Source of the DNA: Octopus sinensis
Lineage: Eukaryota
Reading direction: 5' to 3'
Assembly: GCF_006345805.1 (NCBI RefSeq)
Contig: NC_043007.1
Span: forward strand, 16,058,001-16,122,000
Length of the DNA stretch: 64,000 nt
In this document: positions 54,901 to 64,000 of the stretch, piece after piece
Position numbering within the stretch: the stretch's first letter is position 1
Layout of the letters: each line of letters starts with the position of its first letter
Program-made: the position numbers and the translations under genes
Notes under the pieces: generated by a model
What the model saw: only the letters and a program-made list of their open reading frames with translations
Told to the model about the DNA's origin: nothing
The model's database searches: none

Positions 54901-55835
54901 TTCTTTACTGCCCAGAAGGGGCTAAACACAGAGGGGACAAACAAGGACAGACAAAGGGTTTAAGTCGATTACATCGACCCCAGTCTGTAACTGGTACTTA
55001 ATTTATCGACCCCGAAAGGATGAAAGGCAAAGTTGACCTCGGCGGAATTTGAACTCAGAACGTAACGACAAACAAAATACCTATTTCTTTATTACCCACA
55101 AGGGGCTAAACACAGAGCGGACAAACAAGGACAGACATAGGTATTACGTCGATTACATCGACCCCAGTCCGTAACTGGTACTTAATTTATCGAGCCCGAA
55201 AGGATGAAAAGCAAAGTTGACCTCGGCGGAATTTGAACTCAGAACGTAACGACAGACAAAATACATATTTCTTTATTACCCACAAGGGGCTAAACACAGA
55301 GCGGACAAAAGGACAGACATAGGTATTAAGTCGATTACATCGACCCCAGTCCGTAACTGGTACTTAATTATCGACCCCGAAAGGATGAAAAGTAAAGTTG
55401 ACCTCGGCGAATTTGAACTCAGAACGTAACGACAGACAAAATACATATTTCTTTATTACCCACAAGGGGCTAAACACAGAGCGGACAACAGGACAGACAT
55501 AGGTATTACGTCGATTACATCGACCCCAGTCCGTAACTGGTACTTAATTTATCGACCCCGAAAGATGAAAAGCAAAGTTGACCTCGGCGGAATTTGAACT
55601 CAGAACGTAACGACAGACAAAATACATATTTCTTTATTACCCACAAGGGGCTAAACACAGAGCGGACAAACAAGGACAGACATAGGTATTAAGTCGATTA
55701 CATCGACCCCAGTCCGTAACTGGTACTTAATTTATCGACCCCGAAAGGATGAAAAGCAAAGTTGACCTCGGCGGAATTTGAACTCAGAACGTAACGACAG
55801 ACAAAATAAGCATTTCGCCCGGCGCGCTAACATGT
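54901..55835 (-). repeat. SINE S1-derived tandem array, 5 units of ~180 bp
   Basis: One tRNA head at ~55810-55835 followed by head-less units. Abuts the assembly gap. Confidence 0.9.
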
Positions 55836-56241
55836 CTGTCCAACGAAGCTGTACACACACAACACACAAACACGCACACAAACACACAAAACAAACACAC
55901 GCACGCATAAACGCACACACGCACACACGTATACACGTACACACGTACACACATGGGATTCTAAATATTGTTATCAGACATTCAAGATAGCCTCCGCTAT
56001 TTCTAAAATGGGTTAAACTAGCAAAATGCTCTTTGTCCTCTTTTCTTACACTTCAACCTCGATGTAAACACTGAGTACAACATTAATGGAGCAAGAGAGA
56101 GGGTGGAGAAAGAGAAAGGAGGAGTGAGTATGTGAATCTCTCCCCCTCTCTCTCTCACACACGCACACACACACACTCACACACACACATACTCAGACAC
56201 ACACACACAGACAATTATTCTTTCCCTCTATAGATGAAGGG

Positions 56242-56603
56242 CAGGATTCTCAACTATATTTTATCTATGGACTCCCTTTGATTATTACTTTATTCTGGTG
56301 GACTCTCCCCCCATAGTTTTAAAACTATTTTTGTTATTTGAACCACATTAAACGTCAGAGAAAGAATCCTAGCTGGGGGGGTTTCTGAACCCCCTAAAGT
56401 TTTACATAGACCCCCGCTCCCAGGGATCGTATAGACCTTTAGCTGGGTTTTTTTTGTGAAATAAATATATCCAAAGTAACATTTTTTCAGGGACCCTTAA
56501 AATACTACTGTGTGTCCCCTATTTAATATTTTGTCTGCATGAACCCCCTAAAGTTTTACATAGTCCCCCCCGGGATCGTATAGACACTGGTTGAGAACCA
56601 CTG
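56242..56603. mobile_element. hAT (Charlie-like) MITE remnant
   Basis: CAGGATTCTCAAC / GTTGAGAACCACTG TIRs and a partially matching 8-bp TSD (ATGAAGGG / AGGTAGGG). Confidence 0.55.
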
Positions 56604-56674
56604 AGGTAGGGGGATTCTAGGAATTATCGGACATCGAGAGAAACTAAATGAAAATAGTGAGAAGAATTTTGAAA

Positions 56675-57810
<1,136 letters not shown>

Positions 57811-57914
57811 ATCTGAAAGCGAGAATAGATTTTGTCTTATGAAAGTGAGATCGTAAAAGCCATGACCAACGCTCAACTAACCATAAATCCTTCTACTCGG
57901 GCTGAAATTTTGTG

Positions 57915-58622
57915 GAGGGAATAAGTCGATTACATCGACCCCAGTGCGTAACCGGTACTTAATATACTGACCCTGAAGGGATGAAAGACGAAGTCGACCT
58001 CAGCGGAATTTGAACTCAGAACATAAGGACGGACGAAACACCTATTTCTTTACTACCCACAAGGGGCTAAACACAGAGAGGACAAACAAGGACAGACAGA
58101 CGAATTAAGTCGATTATGTCAACCCCAGTGCGTAACTGGTACTTAATTTATCGACGCCGAAAGGATGAAAGACAAAGTCGACCTCGGAGGAATTTGAACT
58201 CAGAACATAAGGACGGACGAAACACCTACTTCTTTACTACCCACAAGGGGCTAAACACAGAGGGGAGAAACAAGGACAGACAGACGAATTAAGTCGATTA
58301 TGTCGACCCCAGTGCGTAACTGGTACTTGATTTATCGACGCCGAAAGGATGAAAGACGAAGTCGACCTCGGCGGAATTTGATCTCAGAACATAAGGACGG
58401 ACGAAACACCTACTTCTTTACTACCCACAAGGGGCTAAACACAGAGGGGAGAAACAAGGACAGACAGACGAATTAAGTCGATTATGTCGACCCCAGTGCG
58501 TAACTGGTACTTATTTTATCGACGTCGAAAGGATGAAAGACAAAGTCGACCTCGGCGGAATTTGATCTCAGAACGTAAGGACGGACGAAATACTGCTAAG
58601 CATCTTGCCAGCCAGGCGTGCT
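57915..58622 (-). repeat. SINE S1-derived tandem array, ~4 units of ~183 bp
   Basis: Same architecture with array-specific variants (AAGGACGGACGAAACACC). Confidence 0.9.
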
Positions 58623-58864
58623 AAACATAATGAATTAGGGCCCATACGTCACTCTGCCTTTAGATTCCTTTGGCGTATGAACAGACTACTCTCCATTGTT
58701 TGCCTGTAAACACGAACTTTAAAAAAAGCAGTCACATATCAATCCACACATTCCTGAAAAAAGTACAAACACTTAATACCAACGAAGCTGTGAACACACA
58801 ACACACAAACACACACACGCACGCATAAACACACACACACACACGTACACAAAAGCTTATATAC

Positions 58865-59625
58865 ACTTTACTCTTTTACTTGTTTCAGACATTTGACTGT
58901 TGCCATGCTGGAGCACCGCCTTTAGTCGAGTAAATCGACCCCAGGACTTATTCTTTGTAAGCCTAGTACTTTTTCTATCGGACACTTTTGCCGAACCGCT
59001 AAGTTACGGGGACGTAAACACACCAGCATCGATTGTCAAGCGATGTTGGGGGAGACAAACACAGACACACAGACACACAAACACATACACACACACATGG
59101 GAAGCACTCCGTCGGTTACGACGACGAGGGTTCCGGTTGATCCGATCAACGGAACAGCCTGCTCGTGAAATTAATGTGTAAGTGGCTGAGCACTCCACAG
59201 ACACGTGCACCCTTAACGTAGTTCTCGGGGATATTCAGCGTGACACAGAGAGTGACAAGGCCGGCCCTTTGAAATACAGGTACAACAGAAATAGGAAGTA
59301 AGAGTGAGAGAAAGTTGTGGTGAAAGAGTACAGCCGGAGCCTCGTGGAGCTTTTAGGTGTTTTCGCTCAATAAACACTCACAACGCCCGGTCTGGGAATC
59401 GAAACCGCGATCCTACGACCGCGAGTCCACTGCCCTAACCACTGGGCCATTGCGCCTCCACATACATATATATATATACATATATACACACATACATATA
59501 TATATACATACATATATATGACGGGTTTCTTTCAGTTTCCGTCTACCAAATCCGCTCACAAGGCTTTGGTCGGCCCGAGGCTATAGAAGAAGACACTTGC
59601 CCAAGGTGCTACGCAGTGGAACTGG
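58865..59625 (-). mobile_element. SINE S2 copy with an S3 SINE (~59097-59460) nested in its microsatellite
   Basis: The S2 halves flank a near-complete S3. Confidence 0.82.
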
Positions 59626-59629
59626 ACCC

Positions 59630-60697
59630 GCAATCATTCGAGGGAAGAAAAAATGTCGCAGGGAGCAAGATCGGGTGAGTAGGAAGGGCGGGTAAAAATT
59701 GTCCCACACTCAAAGCGGTTTGCCCATTGTTGTGATGAAACCATCGATCTTCACTTTGTCACACAGGTCGTGATGTTTTCATGTCACATCATCTTGCAAA
59801 CGCGTCAGAACTGCCAAGTAAAATGTCTGGTTTATAGTTTGATTTGACCCTAAGGGGAACAAATCATGCGTGGACAATTCCTTTCGCTTCGATGAAACAA
59901 ACAAGCATCGTCTTGACATTGGACTTAACTTGACGCGGGTTTTTTTTTGGGGGGGGGGGTGACATCAGATGCTTCTATTGATTTGATAGCTGTTTCGTTT
60001 TCGGATCATTGCCGTAGCACAAGCTTTCGTTACCAATGATGACCTACGAAAAAAGGTCCGGATCAATTTCCAACTGACCTTTCAGTTCATGACACGCATT
60101 CAGCCGTGACTGCTTTTGATCTTCCGTAAGCAAGCGAGGCACACATTTTGCTGCAACTCTTTTCATTCGCAGTTCCTCGCTCAGAATTCCTGGGTAGGTG
60201 CTCCAGGACACACCAATCATATTACAAAGTTCATCAATTCTTTGGTGACGATCCTCCAAGATCAGTTTATGAATTTTCATGATGTTTTCATTCGTTCAGG
60301 CGGGCGACGGTCGCCCTGAACGAGGTTGGTCCTCAAGCGACAAAGGGCCATTCTTAAAGTGTGAAAACCAGTCGTAACATTGCGTTTTTCTCATGGCAGC
60401 GGTCTTGTAAGCTGTTTGAAGCATGACAACTATTTCGGTCGCCGTTTTTCCCAGCAGAAAACAGAATTTCACGGAAGCACGCCGTTCCTTCATTCCAGCC
60501 AACGCAAAAATCGGCGAACAGGGGAGAAGCATTGCAAAACAAAGACGCACCACGTTGTAGCACGACATCAGCTGACGACGCCGGTCGGCAGAGTGATGCT
60601 TAAGGGCCTAATCGAGTGGCTTCTAACGGCAGAAGTCTGAACTACAACGGGCTTGTTCTTCGAAGAACGTTTCCGTTTACTTTTTGGCATCCCCTCG
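59630..60697 (-). mobile_element. Decayed mariner element
   Basis: KFCFLLGKTATE...WFSHFKNG...PRSGRPS and CVPRLLTEDQK. 5' TIR TA|CGAGGGGATGCCAAAAAGTA. Confidence 0.85.
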
Positions 60698-60882
60698 TAT
60701 ATGCACAGACGTTTGCACATATTCTGACAGTACATTTGCATATAATGCTTTTTACGGAGACACTTGTTTCCCAGAGAACAAGTTTTCCTGTATCTACCAC
60801 TACATTTTATACTTTGCTATTTCAGCTTGGTTACAATTTGTCTTATTCCATTTTTTTTCTTCTTAATGGTACTGCCATAGTT

Positions 60883-60918
<36 letters not shown>

Positions 60919-62059
60919 ACATTCCTTATTATCTTCCTTGCTATCCCAAATGCCATTATTATCAGCGTTTTCAGTATTCACATCGGTATTTACATTATGT
61001 ACGCTAATGCTGATATTATTACTTATATTAGGATTATTTTAACTACTTCGATTATACCTTCCACCACTATTGTTATCCTTGTTTGTGGGACCCCCGTTAC
61101 CTGGGACCATATTTTTAGTATTCGTTATTGCTTGGTTCAGCTTCCTACCATTAAAGTCTATGAATATGGTATTCCAAGTAATGTGATGAGCTGTAGGACA
61201 TTTTAACCTTATGTCTATTAAAAATTGTATACTGCGTACTAGATTTAAGAAAATATCTATCCAGTGCGGAGAAAAATTCTCTAATTATTTTTGATGATAC
61301 ATACACCAGATTTTATCGCAATACTCTACCTTTATTAGAACTAGTATCCGATATTGCTATAGCATACGACAGAGTAATGAGAATTCGAATTATATTTTTT
61401 ATTGACATATTAAATCATCCTTATTTTTATCTTCAGTTTTATTTTCAGTAGCGATTTTTCCCTACTATACAAATACAAATTTAAAACTTTCTTTTCTGTA
61501 AATTCAACACTATCGTCTGCATTTACTCTATGTTCACCAGACGTCCTACCTCTATATATTTTGGGGTTTTTATTTTTATTATCTATTCTTAAGTATATAC
61601 TTAATCTTTTTCGCTATACCCTGCACTAATTAATGCTGCCTGCAGGTGAGTTGAATATTACTTCGTTCGCAGAAACCTTGAAATTGTATTGGATACAATA
61701 TTTACAAATTTGTTTATAATTGAGTGTGGATGATTTGATGCTTTTGTTGACAAACCTTAGATTTTCAATAAGTTTATGTATGGTGCGTATAAGCCAGTTT
61801 TTAAATTACAACAATATCTTCTGACGTACGTAATGTGTATCTAGGAGCGATGACTAAACTCTTGAACACTGAGGTCACATGTGTATTTAACTGTAGAGAA
61901 TGATATTCGGTCTGAGATATTTAAAGGCCTTTTATGGTGTTATTATCTATAATTTTCTCTTATATTTTCTTTTTTCTGTTTTCAGTTTTAAAATTTCCAA
62001 AACACGTAAAACAGTTTATAAATACTTACGTTTTTTTTTCATCTTCGCTATTGTTTCAG

Positions 62060-62285
62060 GAATATTCTTTAATACAGGAAAAGAATGGAAGGATTTGAAA
62101 AAGTTTACTATTTCAACACTGCGGGATTTAGGAATGGGCAAGAAAAAGCTAGAAGAACAGATATACATGGAAACTCAGACTTTAGGCGATGCTTTTCAAT
62201 CTCACAATGGTAAACCGTTTTCCTTGAAAGACCCGCTGGCACACTTCTCTTTGAGTATTGTGTATTATATAACATTTGGTGAAAG
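62060..62285 (+). CDS. Cytochrome P450 copy D, exon 2 (other exons not visible)
   Basis: tcag| GIFFNTGKEWKDLKKF...TFGE AG|gttag. ORF intact, and ~200 bp of upstream intron matches copy B intron 1. Confidence 0.85.
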
Positions 62286-62349
62286 GTTAGTAGAAATCAA
62301 CACAATAGTATGTATTTATTATGTATCTATTGAATATTAACACACACAC

Positions 62350-62437
<88 letters not shown>

Positions 62438-62614
62438 TGTGAAATTTGATTTAATACTAAATTGAATTTTCCCTGTAAGTTTGGAGTTATACTCCCTAAT
62501 ATTATTATTATATACATATATGGAAAAACCAGTCTAGGTAGAAAATGCTAAAATAATTTTATAAAAAACATTTCAGTACTGGTTTCAGTCATTGAGATTT
62601 TTTCAACTGTAACA

Positions 62615-64000
62615 GTCATACAGGTATTTCTTCCAGTTATTTTCTATGTAGAGGGAGAATGGGCACCGCATTTTTCTAGAACCTTACGATAAATACAAAT
62701 TTGTAGATATCCCTTGACTAGGTTAGCAAAGAAGGGGGCCATTCTCGTACCCATCGCAGTCCCCGATCTGTCGGTAGAAGATGAAAAATACGGCAGCCCA
62801 TTCTCCCTCTGCATAGAAAATAACTGGAAGAGATACCTGGATGACTGTTTCATTCTTTGGCATGAAAATATAGAGAAACTTAAAGAATTCCAAGCACTTA
62901 TAAATGGATTTGACGTAAACATTCAATGCATGATGGAATATAACCATCAACGACTTCCTTTTCTCGACATCCTCATTAAGAAATCTGACAACGTAATAGA
63001 AACAGGTATATACTATAAGCCTACGGACTCCAAGGAATATCTACCGTTCAACTCATGCCACCCCAGACACACTAGAATGAATATCCTCTTCAACCTAGTA
63101 AAATGGATTTGTACTATAGTTTCTAATACAAGCACGAGGGACACACGGCTACATGAACTAAAGGATACAGTCATCACCAGGAACTTCCCACCTTCACTAA
63201 TTGACATATGCTTTCAACGTGCCCTTCAACTTACATCCAGAATCTCAGACATCCAAATTAACCCTTTCGTTACTGTATTTATTTTGGAATGCACTGTGTT
63301 CCTTTCAATTACTTTAAATATAACAAAGACTTTAGTAAAATAACTTAGTTATCATTCAGCTACTATTAAGAACATAAATTGTGACTAAGGTTTGGTGGAA
63401 GATTTTGATTCAAAACTTATAAAAACAAGACATTTGTACTCAGAGCCAGAGCCGGTTTCAGCCGGGTTGGTAACGAAAGAAGGATTTACAACCAAAAGCC
63501 CTACCATACATCTCCACACACAACCTTCTCAACAATGAAGCCTTCGACACCATCCTTCAAAACATTCTCCTGCTGAAAAAGGACCACAGAATGAACTTAA
63601 TCCTCCAAACACACACCATCATAAAAAGCAAGAGACAACCCAAATCTATGAAAAGACTCCTAACACGAGCCGAATACGCTCAACAACACAGAAGCCGTCA
63701 GTAAAAAGATACGGAAGACCAAACTGCGGGATATGCGTCAATTTAATTGTGGGATCAGAGTTCTCCTTGAAACAGGGACAACGTTTCACAGTGTAAAGTA
63801 ACTTCACATGTGCTTCGGAGAATCTGATATACGCACTAACTTGCTCTGAGTGTCAAGAACAATACATAGACCAAACAAAAAACAATGTACGTAAAAGAAT
63901 GGCTCTGCACAGATTCTAGATCAAAATTCCCCAAAACAGAAAAATAGCATTCAGCCAACACATAGACATTTGCACCAATAACGAAAATCCAAGCTTCAGA
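62615..64000 (+). mobile_element. Decayed Penelope-like element (RT + CxxC/GIY-YIG), 5' part inverted, runs off window
   Basis: GTAMGTRMAP on the - strand, YLDDCF / LPFLDI / YYKPTD on the + strand, then NCGIC and FTCASENLIYALTCSECQEQYI. Confidence 0.85.
63262..63483. mobile_element. Possible piggyBac-like MITE inside the PLE
   Basis: TTAA|CCCTTTCGTTAC ... GTAACGAAAGAAGG imperfect TIRs. Right TSD not clean. Confidence 0.45.

Noticed and set aside
54901-55835. Regularly spaced repeats as a CRISPR array
   Set aside because: Eukaryotic context, whole ~180-bp units repeat with no unique spacers, and the units are SINE-derived.
60616-61206. 196-aa hydrophobic - strand ORF
   Set aside because: Spans a mariner end and a (GTT)n tract, low complexity, no family motif.

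Overview
AT-rich, microsatellite-dense eukaryotic genomic DNA. The tRNA-derived SINE repertoire and (TA)n load suggest an octopus/coleoid cephalopod (inference). The host genes form a + strand tandem cluster of clan-2-like cytochrome P450s that the ORF track shows only in pieces. Copy A has its last two exons here (1415-5796). A solitary frameshifted I-helix exon lies at 22198-22333. Copy B is complete: 8 exons, 24086-37149, 1500 bp CDS, 499 aa. Copy C shows exons 1-4 (49331-53292) before a 100-N gap, and copy D shows only exon 2 (62060-62285). The rest is mobile DNA: three SINE families, CR1-group LINEs, a Dong/R4-like RLE fragment in (TAA)n, Penelope-like elements, mariner/Tc1 remnants, a Helitron-type element and MITEs. 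The most striking signal is a set of type I hammerhead-ribozyme motifs, identified by manual base-pairing and not tested. A non-coding 512-bp tandem repeat carries one per unit plus an inverted third copy (41171-42474; retrozyme or Penelope pLTR-like). Three ~200-bp (TA)n-embedded elements carry minimal hammerheads, and two of these share an A6U core variant with stem covariation.
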